Shown here one piece after another: positions 49,428-57,302 of a stretch of DNA of 64,000 bases. The stretch lies in contig JBBIOM010000001.1 of NCBI GenBank assembly GCA_037443365.1, positions 91,485 to 155,484 on the forward strand, given 5' to 3'. The stretch comes from Armatimonadota bacterium (lineage in GTDB: Bacteria; Sysuimicrobiota; Sysuimicrobiia; Sysuimicrobiales; Humicultoraceae). Below the pieces are notes generated by a model, which did not search any database, had not been told where the DNA came from, and saw nothing but the letters and a program-made list of their open reading frames with translations. Position 1 is the stretch's first letter. Each line of letters opens with the position of its first letter. The position numbers were made by a program, and so were the translations under genes.

Positions 49428-50612
49428 TCAGGTCCTGGCAGGCCTGTAGAGCGGGAGCGCCTCGCGCATGCGCCGCATCCCCTCGCGGATGTTGCCCTGA
49501 CTGTTGGCGTAGGAGAACCGTAGGTAGCCCCTGCCATGCGTGCCGAACGACGTTCCTGCCAGGCACGCTACCCCTGCCTCCTCCAGGAGGAAGATGGCCA
49601 GGCGGTGCACATCGGTATCGATCGCCGACACGTTGGGGAAGGCGTAGAACGCGCCGCTTGGCATCTGGCAGGTCACGCCCCTCATCCCGTTCAACTCGCC
49701 CACTATCAGGTCCCGGCGGCGCCGGAACTCCGCGACCATCGCGTCCACCGAGTCCTGCGGGCCGGTCAGCGCGGCGATCGTGGCCACCTGCGCGAAGGCG
49801 GCCGCGCACGAGCTGGAGTTGATCAGGAGCTGCGCCATGCGCTCGATCAGGTCGGCCCGCATGACGCCGTAGCCGATCCGCCATCCGGTCATAGCGTACG
49901 CCTTGGACAGGCCGTCCATGACTATCGTGCGGTCCGCCATGCCCGGAACGCTCGCAATGCTCGAATGCCGCCCCTCGTAGACGATCCGGCCGTAGATCTC
50001 GTCGGTCAGCACGAAGGCGCGCGTCGGCAGGACGGCCTCGGCCACGGCCTCCAGATCGGCGCGCGTCAGCATCGAGCCGCACGGGTTGTGGGGCGAGTTG
50101 AGCACCACCAGGCGCGTGCGGGGGGACAGCAAGGCGCGGAACTCATCCGGGTCGAATCGAAAGCCGGATTCCTCGCGAAGGCGGATGGGCCGCAGCGTCG
50201 CCCCGGCGAACTGGGCCGCCGACTGGTAGATCGGATACCCGGGGTCCGGGTAGACCACCTCGTCGCCGGGGTTCACGAGGGAGAGCATGGCGAAAAGGAG
50301 CACGTTCTTGGAGCCGGGCGTGATGACGACGTTGGATGCGTCCACCTTCATGCCGCGCTCGCGGGCCACGTGGTCAGCCACGGCCTGCCTGGCCTCCCAT
50401 ATCCCGGCGGCCGGCGTGTAGTGCGTGTACCCATCGCGTAGGGCCCGCACGGCCGCCTCGGTGATGTGGGGCGGCGTGTCGAAGTCGGGTTCGCCGATCT
50501 CCAGGTGGATCACGTGACGCCCCCTTGCCTCGAGCTGCTGGGCCCTGGCCAGCATCTCGAACGCCGTCTCGGTTCCCAGCGTGCTCATGCGCGCTGCCAG
50601 ATCAAGGCTCAC
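49428..50612 (-). CDS. pyridoxal phosphate-dependent aminotransferase (class I, AspC-like)
   Basis: ORF 49428..51077 trimmed to GTG 50612, with GAAGGAGG 6 nt upstream. The PLP-lysine context is LSKAYAMTGWRIGY. Confidence 0.85.
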   Translation of the reverse strand: MSLDLAARMSTLGTETAFEMLARAQQLEARGRHVIHLEIGEPDFDTPPHITEAAVRALRDGYTHYTPAAGIWEARQAVADHVARERGMKVDASNVVITPGSKNVLLFAMLSLVNPGDEVVYPDPGYPIYQSAAQFAGATLRPIRLREESGFRFDPDEFRALLSPRTRLVVLNSPHNPCGSMLTRADLEAVAEAVLPTRAFVLTDEIYGRIVYEGRHSSIASVPGMADRTIVMDGLSKAYAMTGWRIGYGVMRADLIERMAQLLINSSSCAAAFAQVATIAALTGPQDSVDAMVAEFRRRRDLIVGELNGMRGVTCQMPSGAFYAFPNVSAIDTDVHRLAIFLLEEAGVACLAGTSFGTHGRGYLRFSYANSQGNIREGMRRMREALPLYRPART

Positions 50613-50763
50613 GGGCTGCCTCCTTCGTCCTCCCGGCGAACTCGGTGCGTGAATGCTTTCCGCGCCGCGGAATGCACTCCTGCCCCGATTGGCCGGGTGA
50701 GACGCCTCTGCTACAATTGGGCCGCTCGTGCACCGCACATCCCATGAGAGGTGGTTCTTCGAG

Positions 50764-51726
50764 GTGGCTGAGACGGCGGCAACGCAGACAACGGTTCTCT
50801 CGTACGGATTGGGACCCATAGGAGCCGGCATCGCGGGACTGGCGCTCGACCGCGGGTACCGGATTGTCTCGGCGGTCGACATATCGCCCGACAAGGCCGG
50901 GAGCGACCTGGGCGTCCTGCTGGGACGCGCGAGACTTGGGGTGACGGTGACCGCTGATGTCGCCGCGGCCCTTGCCTGCAAGCCCAGGGTCGTCCTGCAC
51001 TCAACCCAATCGCACATCCCGCAGGTCATGCCCCAGCTCATGGCGTGCATCGAGGCAGGCGCCTGCGTCGTCTCCACATGCGAAGAGCTGGCGTTCCCGT
51101 GGTACCGTCACGACCACGAGGCCAGGCGCCTCGACGCGGCCGCGAAGGCCCACGGCGTCACGATCGTGGGCGTGGGCGTGAACCCCGGATTCGTGATGGA
51201 CCTGCTGCCCATCGTGCTAACGGCGCCCTGCCGCAAGGTGCGCGCCATCCGCGTCACGCGCGTGGTGGATGCGGGGTTGCGCCGCAAGCCCCTCCAGCAG
51301 AAGGTGGGCGACGGCCTCGACCGGGCCACCTTTGAGAAGGGTGTCGCGGAAGGCCGAATGGGGCACGTGGGGCTGCCCGAGTCCGTGGCGATGATCGCCG
51401 ATGCCCTGGGATGGCCGCTCGACTCAATCGAGGAGACGATCGAGCCGGTCATGGAGGGAGCCACGGTGCGCGGCCTGCACCAGGTGGCGAACGGCCTGCA
51501 GAGCAAGGAACCGGTCATCTCGCTGGACCTGACCATGGCCGTGGGCGCGGCGAATCCGCGGGACTCGGTGACAATCGAAGGCGAGCCGCCCATCGCCCTG
51601 ACCGTGTCCGGAGGCATTCACGGCGACGTCGCAACGTGCGCGATATCGGTGAACGCTATCCCGATGGTGCTGGCGTCGCCCCCAGGCCTGACCGCGCCCC
51701 ACCGCCTACCTGCGATCCATCGCTGA
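50764..51726 (+). CDS. NAD(P)-dependent amine dehydrogenase / dihydrodipicolinate reductase-like family protein
   Basis: The ORF has Rossmann motif YGLGPIGAG and later VGVNPGFVMD. It resembles the DapB-related amine dehydrogenase family. The start (50728 or 50764) is uncertain. Confidence 0.55.
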   Translation: MAETAATQTTVLSYGLGPIGAGIAGLALDRGYRIVSAVDISPDKAGSDLGVLLGRARLGVTVTADVAAALACKPRVVLHSTQSHIPQVMPQLMACIEAGACVVSTCEELAFPWYRHDHEARRLDAAAKAHGVTIVGVGVNPGFVMDLLPIVLTAPCRKVRAIRVTRVVDAGLRRKPLQQKVGDGLDRATFEKGVAEGRMGHVGLPESVAMIADALGWPLDSIEETIEPVMEGATVRGLHQVANGLQSKEPVISLDLTMAVGAANPRDSVTIEGEPPIALTVSGGIHGDVATCAISVNAIPMVLASPPGLTAPHRLPAIHR

Positions 51727-52605
51727 TCGGGCGGCGGCTCGCAGAGCGCGTGCGCCCAGGTTGATGAGGTAGGCACCATCGGTCCCGGGCACCGGTAGGA
51801 GGTTCCAGGCAACGCGCAGGAGCGCCGCGGCGGCAAGCAGCGCCGCGGCCTCTCTTTGCGCCGGCAGAGCCAGCCCGGCAATGAGGGCTACTGAACCCAC
51901 CGCGGCATCGCAGAGCGGCCCCCAGGCAGCGATCCTTGCCCGCGCGCGAGGGGGCAGGAGCGCGGCGCCGGCGAGGTGCACGCGGAATCCGATGCTCCAG
52001 GGGGCGGCCTCCACCACGAGCGCGGCCGCGCGGGCGCCCGCGGTCAGCGCCGCAGCGGCGTGGGCCATCTCGTGGGTAAGCCCAAGGATCCAGACCAGGA
52101 ACGCCAGCGCCAGCAGGCGCGACACCTCTGGCTCCGAGTAGAGAGCGCGAAGCCAGCCAGCGTGCTGTGCGCCCAAGACCGCGCCCGCAACCAGCAGCGC
52201 GGCAACCCCGAAAGCCCGCACCCATGCCGGAATCCTGTGCAGCAACCGGCAGAGCGGCAGCATAGCGGCCGCGTTGGCGATGACCACTCGTGACGAGAAG
52301 GGCCTGAGCACTTGCGGCGCCTCGGCGCCGCAGGACACCAGACCAGCATCGACCAGACGTCTCACGAACCGCGCCACGTCCGCCGCGTCCAGTCGCGGCG
52401 CCGCCCCGGCCACATCGCGCGACAGCTCTTCGAGCCCGCGCGTACCGTCCATCAGGGCCAGCAAGGACGCCTCGGGCTCGCCCGCCTGGAAGCAGCGCCC
52501 CCCGGAGGCGTGGACGATCCAGCGCGCACCCCCCTGCCCCCCGACTTCCCTGGTGACGCGCACGCCCGGGAGCAGGCACGGTCGCGCCTGGCTCAGGTCG
52601 TCCAC
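51706..52605 (-). CDS. M50 (site-2 protease-like) zinc metalloprotease with PqqD-like N-terminal domain; putative RiPP leader peptidase
   Basis: This is the C-terminal 300 codons of track ORF 51706..53307, from GTG 52605 (13-nt overlap with the permease stop). It has HExxH inside a TM helix (LGLTHEMAHAAA) and the second M50 motif NxxPxxxxDG (NLLPVPGTDG). The N-terminal about 85 aa follow the PqqD/RRE pattern (LLPGVRVTRE...LLALMDGTRGLEELSRDV). Confidence 0.7.
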   Translation of the reverse strand: MDDLSQARPCLLPGVRVTREVGGQGGARWIVHASGGRCFQAGEPEASLLALMDGTRGLEELSRDVAGAAPRLDAADVARFVRRLVDAGLVSCGAEAPQVLRPFSSRVVIANAAAMLPLCRLLHRIPAWVRAFGVAALLVAGAVLGAQHAGWLRALYSEPEVSRLLALAFLVWILGLTHEMAHAAAALTAGARAAALVVEAAPWSIGFRVHLAGAALLPPRARARIAAWGPLCDAAVGSVALIAGLALPAQREAAALLAAAALLRVAWNLLPVPGTDGAYLINLGARALRAAARSAMDRR

Positions 52606-53318
52606 CTGAACCGCCGCACGGATACAACTGCTCCGATCAGTCCCCACAGCGCCAGCACCCCCAACTCGGTGACGACCGAGGACGCGTCCCCACCGCGGGC
52701 GGCCGCCCTGAGCCCGCGCAAGAAGTATGTCAGCGGAAGCGCGCCGGAGAGGCGCGCCAGCGCGGCGGGCAGCATCTCTACCGGGAAGTAGGCGCCACTC
52801 AGGAACGTCATGGGGAAGAACAGGAAGGCGGCGATCGAGTTCGCGGCCTCGACCGAGCGCGCCAGGACGCCCACCGCGAACCCGGTAGCCAGGAAGGCTG
52901 GTACGCCTACGCACATGACCGCCGCGAGCGTACCCGGCCGAGCAGAGAACCGGACGTCGAAGAGCCCCGCTCCTATGGCCAGCAGCTCCACGCCCACGGC
53001 GAGCACAACCGCCCCGCGCACCAGCATCTGAGCCAGTACGAGCTGCCAGGCCGGGATCGGGACGAGGACCAGGCGCTTGAGGAACCCGCTGCTGCGGTAG
53101 TGGGTCACGACCACACCGATGCTGTAGTAGGCCGTGGATGCCAGCACCATCCCGAGCACGCCCGGGACAAGAAAGACCATCTGCCCGGGTTCGCGCGCGA
53201 ACACGCTGCCCAGCAGCACCAGCAGGAAGGCCGGAAAGAAGAAGGTCCAGAAGGCGGCCTGCGGCGTGCGCCAGAACAGCCTGGCCTCCATCAGGACGAG
53301 GCGCCACAAGCCCGTCAT
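52593..53318 (-). CDS. ABC-2 type transporter permease
   Basis: ORF 52593..53513 trimmed to MTGLWRLVLMEARLFWR at ATG 53318, a 4-nt overlap with the ATPase stop. It has six predicted TM helices typical of ABC-2 exporters. Confidence 0.8.
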   Translation of the reverse strand: MTGLWRLVLMEARLFWRTPQAAFWTFFFPAFLLVLLGSVFAREPGQMVFLVPGVLGMVLASTAYYSIGVVVTHYRSSGFLKRLVLVPIPAWQLVLAQMLVRGAVVLAVGVELLAIGAGLFDVRFSARPGTLAAVMCVGVPAFLATGFAVGVLARSVEAANSIAAFLFFPMTFLSGAYFPVEMLPAALARLSGALPLTYFLRGLRAAARGGDASSVVTELGVLALWGLIGAVVSVRRFRWTT

Positions 53319-54052
53319 GTCGGTCCTCCTGGGAGCGGGGAATCCTGGGTCAGTTCCAGGAAGGTTTCTTCGAGCCCGCCGCGGCCAGCACGCGCCAGCG
53401 CTGCCACGGTGCCCTGCGCGAGTACCCTGCCGCGGTGGATGATGGCCACCCTGTCGCACAGCGACTCGGCCTCGTCCAGGTGATGCGTGGCCAGAAGCAC
53501 GGTGCGCCCGCATGCCCGCGCCTCGTGAATGAGATCCCAGAGATCCCGGCGCGCGTGCGCATCGAGCCCTGCCGTGGGCTCGTCCAGGATCAGGAGCTCG
53601 GGATCTCCGACCAGGGCCAGCGCCAGCAGGAACCGTCGCCGCTGCCCGCCTGAGAGCTGGCCGTACATGGCCGCCGAACGGTCGCCCAGACCTGTCCGGG
53701 CGAGCAGCCGGTGCGCCTCGATACGGCGCGGGTAGAAACCCCCGAGGAACTCCAGCGCCTCCCCCAGGCGCAGGTAAGGGTGGAAGACCGCCTCCTGCAG
53801 CTGCACGCCTATGCGCCGCCGCAGGCCCAGCGCCCCGCCCCGAGGATCGAGCCCCAGCACACGCGCCCGGCCCGCATCAGGGCGCTGCAGCCCCACCAGT
53901 ATCTCGATGGTCGTGGTCTTGCCGGCGCCGTTGCGCCCCAGGAGCCCGAATACCTCGCCTTCCTTGACCTCCAGGTCAAGCCCGTCCAGAGCCACGACGC
54001 TGCCGTACCGCCTGCGCAGGCCTTCCACCTCGATTGCCAGCGCGTCAGGCAT
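53315..54052 (-). CDS. ABC transporter ATP-binding protein (DrrA/SagG-like exporter ATPase)
   Basis: ORF trimmed to MPDALAIEVEGLRRRYG at ATG 54052. It has Walker A GRNGAGKTT, signature LSGGQRRR, and Walker B LILDEP. Confidence 0.9.
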   Translation of the reverse strand: MPDALAIEVEGLRRRYGSVVALDGLDLEVKEGEVFGLLGRNGAGKTTTIEILVGLQRPDAGRARVLGLDPRGGALGLRRRIGVQLQEAVFHPYLRLGEALEFLGGFYPRRIEAHRLLARTGLGDRSAAMYGQLSGGQRRRFLLALALVGDPELLILDEPTAGLDAHARRDLWDLIHEARACGRTVLLATHHLDEAESLCDRVAIIHRGRVLAQGTVAALARAGRGGLEETFLELTQDSPLPGGPT

Positions 54053-54872
54053 CTCCCCGGCCTCCTCGCTCGGGCAGGCAGTCCGGGGGGGGATGCCCCA
54101 CGGCCAGCGCATAGAGGACGCTCGCACGCGTTCCATCGAGCCCCAGCAGCGCGTCCACAAGCGCGTCGTCGAGCCCGCCCAGGGCGACCACGCCAAGGCC
54201 CATCGCAGCGGCTGCCAGGTAGACGTTCTGGGCCGCGTGTCCTGCCTCCAGGAGAACGAAGCGGTATCCCCTGGCCCCGTACCTGTCGATGGTCCGGGCG
54301 AAGACGCCTGCCAGCGCGATCAGCAGACCGGCCTGCAGGACAAGCGCCGGAAACGCTGACGCGGCCGCGAGGTCGCGCATGCTCTGCTCCGGAGGATCCA
54401 GCGCCACGAGCGAGGCGCCTCCTCCGATGGCATCGTAGTGGTATGGGCCGGGATGAACCCCTGCCGGTGGAACAGGAAGCCAGAAGTAGGCATCAATCGG
54501 ATAGCAGGCGCCGGCAGACGGCACCGTTCGGCGCAGGTGGGCGCGGTCCGTGCCTGCGCCGACCGATCCGGCAGACGTCCAGAGCAGCGTCGCGGTCTCC
54601 TGCAGGGCCAGAGGAAGGCCGGCGAACTCCCGGGCAGACCTGCGGCGTTGGAGCACGACGTCCAGCCCGGCGTTGAGGTGGACGCCCGGCTCCGGCCCGG
54701 GAAGAGGCAGGCGGCATCCTCGGCGCGCGCGCGCCGGCGGCGAGCCTCCGGCCCTGGAGTGGGCCGCGGCGCGCCGCGATACCTCGGCCCAATCCGACGG
54801 CCTCCACTTGCTGCTCTCATGGAAGACCTCCCAGAGGGGGTGGCCGGGCATGACACAAGGCTCAAGGGGCAT
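54045..54872 (-). CDS. SagB/ThcOx-type FMN-dependent dehydrogenase (azoline oxidase)
   Basis: ORF trimmed to MPLEPCVMPGHPLWEVFHESSKW at ATG 54872, 11 nt after the ycaO stop. It has nitroreductase-fold motifs RRSAREF, PSAGACYP and LLEAGHAAQN, and the SagB-typical N-terminus FHE.SK. Confidence 0.85.
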   Translation of the reverse strand: MPLEPCVMPGHPLWEVFHESSKWRPSDWAEVSRRAAAHSRAGGSPPARARRGCRLPLPGPEPGVHLNAGLDVVLQRRRSAREFAGLPLALQETATLLWTSAGSVGAGTDRAHLRRTVPSAGACYPIDAYFWLPVPPAGVHPGPYHYDAIGGGASLVALDPPEQSMRDLAAASAFPALVLQAGLLIALAGVFARTIDRYGARGYRFVLLEAGHAAQNVYLAAAAMGLGVVALGGLDDALVDALLGLDGTRASVLYALAVGHPPPDCLPERGGRGDA

Positions 54873-54883
54873 CTGCGCTCCCT

Positions 54884-56218
54884 CTAGGGAAAAGGATGCG
54901 GATGCGTGTTCAGTCCCCCACATCCGGTGAACCCAAGGCGCTCAGGGGCTTCCCAGAGGCGCGTGTATCCCAGGAACCGGTGGGCGTGCGACGGCGCGAT
55001 GTCCAGCAGGCCCGGCACGAGCACCTTGACCGCGAAGAAGCCGCAGGCCGCCAGGTCGGGCGTGGTGACGTCCACCGCCAGCACACGCATGCCGCGCTGA
55101 TCGAGGGACTCCAGGCAGCGCGCAAGGTCGGCCTGGGGTGAGCCGCTCGCGGCGGGTAGGTCCTCCAGGCGCACAGGCTGGGCAGCCGGGTTCACCAGGA
55201 AGTCAAGGTAGGGCAGCGACCCGGGCTGTCCGTAGAGGCGCACGTGATCCGAGAAGCGCCGGACATTGGAGAAGTCCCTTCCGGGATCGAAGCCTGCTCC
55301 TCCGCCCATCTGGCGCAGCCAGGCCCGCGTCTGGACGGCCTCGAGGAGGGCCTTGAGCAGCGCGGCCTCGGGGTCGAGGCGCGCGGCCGCGCCCACGCTC
55401 GCAACACTGGTGCCAGCCCCGGGATCGAGCACGATGCACACGATGACGCTCGCCCCCAGATCAGTGGGCAGCAACCGGCAGAGGAACTGAAGACCGCTGC
55501 GCTCGAGGCGCTCGCGCACGACGCGGGCCAGGGGGCCGCAACGCGGGAGGGGCACCGGCTGCGCGGGCAAACGCCGCCACCAGCAAAGGGCGAAGGCGTC
55601 GCGCTCGATGACCTCGAGCAGGGCCGCCAGGAGGGCCGCGCTGCGCGTGCGGGCGCAGGCGAGCCCCGTGGAGATCGCCGGGCCGATGTTGGCGCACCAG
55701 GGCTCCTCGGGTTCTGCGAGGAACACGCGCTTGGCCGGCACCCAGGCCTCCCTGCCCGTCGCGACGTCGAGCCCGGCCACCCACTCGATCACGGTGTCCT
55801 CCTCGAACCGGGCGTAGGGGAGCCCTGCCTGCCACTGCTCGGGCGAGAACAGCGCATATTCGTCGGGATGCGGGCCGCGCATCTCGCGCCAGGTCGCCCG
55901 CACGATACGGGCGGAATCCGGAAACGAGGCCGCGTAGCGCTCGAGCACCTCTCCGGTGGCCCTGGCCGCGGCGTGCTCGCGCACCAGCCCCACGCCGCTC
56001 GCTGAAAGGACAAACGACTGCCGACGCCCGGGCAGCGCGGTGCGCGCGGCATCGGTGCCGGCCGCGGCCACGCAGGCCACGTCCGGCTCGTCAGGCGGAA
56101 ACTGAATCGCGGCCAGTCCTCCGAGGACGCCAGCCACCGGGTTCGTCAGGCGCCCGGCCTGCTCCAGGGTGCCGGCGGCGTCGCCAGGGTCGAGCTCGGC
56201 TACAACCGCGGCGTGCAC
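54884..56218 (-). CDS. YcaO-type cyclodehydratase (TOMM D protein)
   Basis: 444-aa ORF with YcaO-domain segments (GEVLERYAA, ISTGLACA, ALLEVIERDAF). Its extreme C-terminus HPHPFP gives the PxPxP motif of azoline-forming YcaOs. It overlaps the C-protein stop by 19 nt. Confidence 0.9.
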   Translation of the reverse strand: MHAAVVAELDPGDAAGTLEQAGRLTNPVAGVLGGLAAIQFPPDEPDVACVAAAGTDAARTALPGRRQSFVLSASGVGLVREHAAARATGEVLERYAASFPDSARIVRATWREMRGPHPDEYALFSPEQWQAGLPYARFEEDTVIEWVAGLDVATGREAWVPAKRVFLAEPEEPWCANIGPAISTGLACARTRSAALLAALLEVIERDAFALCWWRRLPAQPVPLPRCGPLARVVRERLERSGLQFLCRLLPTDLGASVIVCIVLDPGAGTSVASVGAAARLDPEAALLKALLEAVQTRAWLRQMGGGAGFDPGRDFSNVRRFSDHVRLYGQPGSLPYLDFLVNPAAQPVRLEDLPAASGSPQADLARCLESLDQRGMRVLAVDVTTPDLAACGFFAVKVLVPGLLDIAPSHAHRFLGYTRLWEAPERLGFTGCGGLNTHPHPFP

Positions 56219-57174
56219 TGCACCGGAGCCTCACGACGAAACGGCCGGGCCGAAGCACACGCCGGGCAGCGCGGCAGGCGGAGCACGTCGGCCCGGGTCC
56301 ACGACAGGGTGCGCACGTGGAGCCGGATCACGGCGTCCTCAAGCGCAGGCCGATCGACTCCGAGCAGGGCCTTGAGCGCTTCTACCGCCGCGATGCCGGA
56401 TGCGACCGCCACCACGGCCGGAAGCACGGGCCGGCTGCCCACGCGAATCAGGCGCATAGGGCCTGACGAGAGGGCCTCGGCCCTGACCCGCAGGCAGACC
56501 AGGCACGCCGAGCGACCCGGCACGACGAGCGGGCCGAGCGTGATCTCGGAGGCGTCGGATGCGACCGGGAGCCAGGGCGTCCCGGTCGCGAGACTGATGG
56601 CGTTGAGCCGCTCGAGCGAGGCGTCGCGCATGCCGGCTCCACAGCCCACCAAGAGATCCGCTTCGTCGCAAACGCCGGTCGCTTCCTCTTGGAGGCCATC
56701 CCTTCCGTTGCGGGGGAAAGCGACAACGCGCACCCCGCAGCCGCGCAGCATCTGCAGGACGGCAGCGGACATTCGATCAGATCCCCACAGGCAGACCGTG
56801 GCGCCTTCCACGCGCGCTCTCAGGCGGTCTTCATCGGATGGGCTCGCCAGTGACCGGAGGAACCCCGCGATGCCCGAGCCGTCGTCCTCAAGTTCGACCG
56901 GACGCCCGCGCTCGGACAGCAGGCCGCCTGCGACGAGGCGGGCGATGAGGCACTCTATCTCTTCCGGGGCGCGGTCGGGCGCCGCCTCACATATCTCGCC
57001 TGTTGTGTGCCTTCCGTCCAGCACCGGGAGCAGACCCGGAAGGAGGGCCCCCAGCCTGGATCCAGACAACCGAACGCTTCTCCCGGGCGAACGCATCTCC
57101 ACGTCGTCCTCCCCGACCGTGTACACCGACCAGAAGTCAGGCAGGAACGGCTTGACATCTCCGGGCGTGTCCAC
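56200..57174 (-). CDS. E1/ThiF-like cyclodehydratase partner (TOMM C protein) with N-terminal RRE
   Basis: 324-aa ORF. The N-terminus follows the PqqD-like RRE pattern (VRLSGSRLGALLPGLLPVLDGRHTTGEICE). The Rossmann-like core carries two CxxC pairs (CLVC...CPAC), a Zn-tetrathiolate arrangement as in E1-like proteins. Confidence 0.8.
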   Translation of the reverse strand: MDTPGDVKPFLPDFWSVYTVGEDDVEMRSPGRSVRLSGSRLGALLPGLLPVLDGRHTTGEICEAAPDRAPEEIECLIARLVAGGLLSERGRPVELEDDGSGIAGFLRSLASPSDEDRLRARVEGATVCLWGSDRMSAAVLQMLRGCGVRVVAFPRNGRDGLQEEATGVCDEADLLVGCGAGMRDASLERLNAISLATGTPWLPVASDASEITLGPLVVPGRSACLVCLRVRAEALSSGPMRLIRVGSRPVLPAVVAVASGIAAVEALKALLGVDRPALEDAVIRLHVRTLSWTRADVLRLPRCPACASARPFRREAPVQCTPRL

Positions 57175-57249
57175 TGCTCGCCTCCACCTGCATGCCAGGT
57201 GAGCCTCTCACGCCGCTCTCACGCCGGCGCGTACCGTGACATCGGCCCT

Positions 57250-57288
57250 GGGGGCGGCCGCCGGCAGCGATGGCACCCCGCCGCCCCC
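57250..57288 (-). promoter_or_regulatory. GC-rich hairpin between precursor gene and modification genes (possible processing/attenuation structure)
   Basis: On the reverse strand, GGGGGCGGC (57288..57280) pairs perfectly with GCCGCCCCC (57258..57250) around a 21-nt loop. It begins 15 nt after the precursor stop and has no U-tract. Confidence 0.45.
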
Positions 57289-57302
57289 GTGGGCTGGGCG
57301 AC

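Noticed and set aside
52606-53307. 5' two-fifths of track ORF 51706..53307, and ORF 51656..52627
   Set aside because: The 52606..53307 part is an alternate frame of the well-supported ABC-2 permease gene, and 51656..52627 is an alternate frame of the M50 protease gene. Only the region downstream of GTG 52605 in the 51706 frame shows M50 and PqqD-like features.
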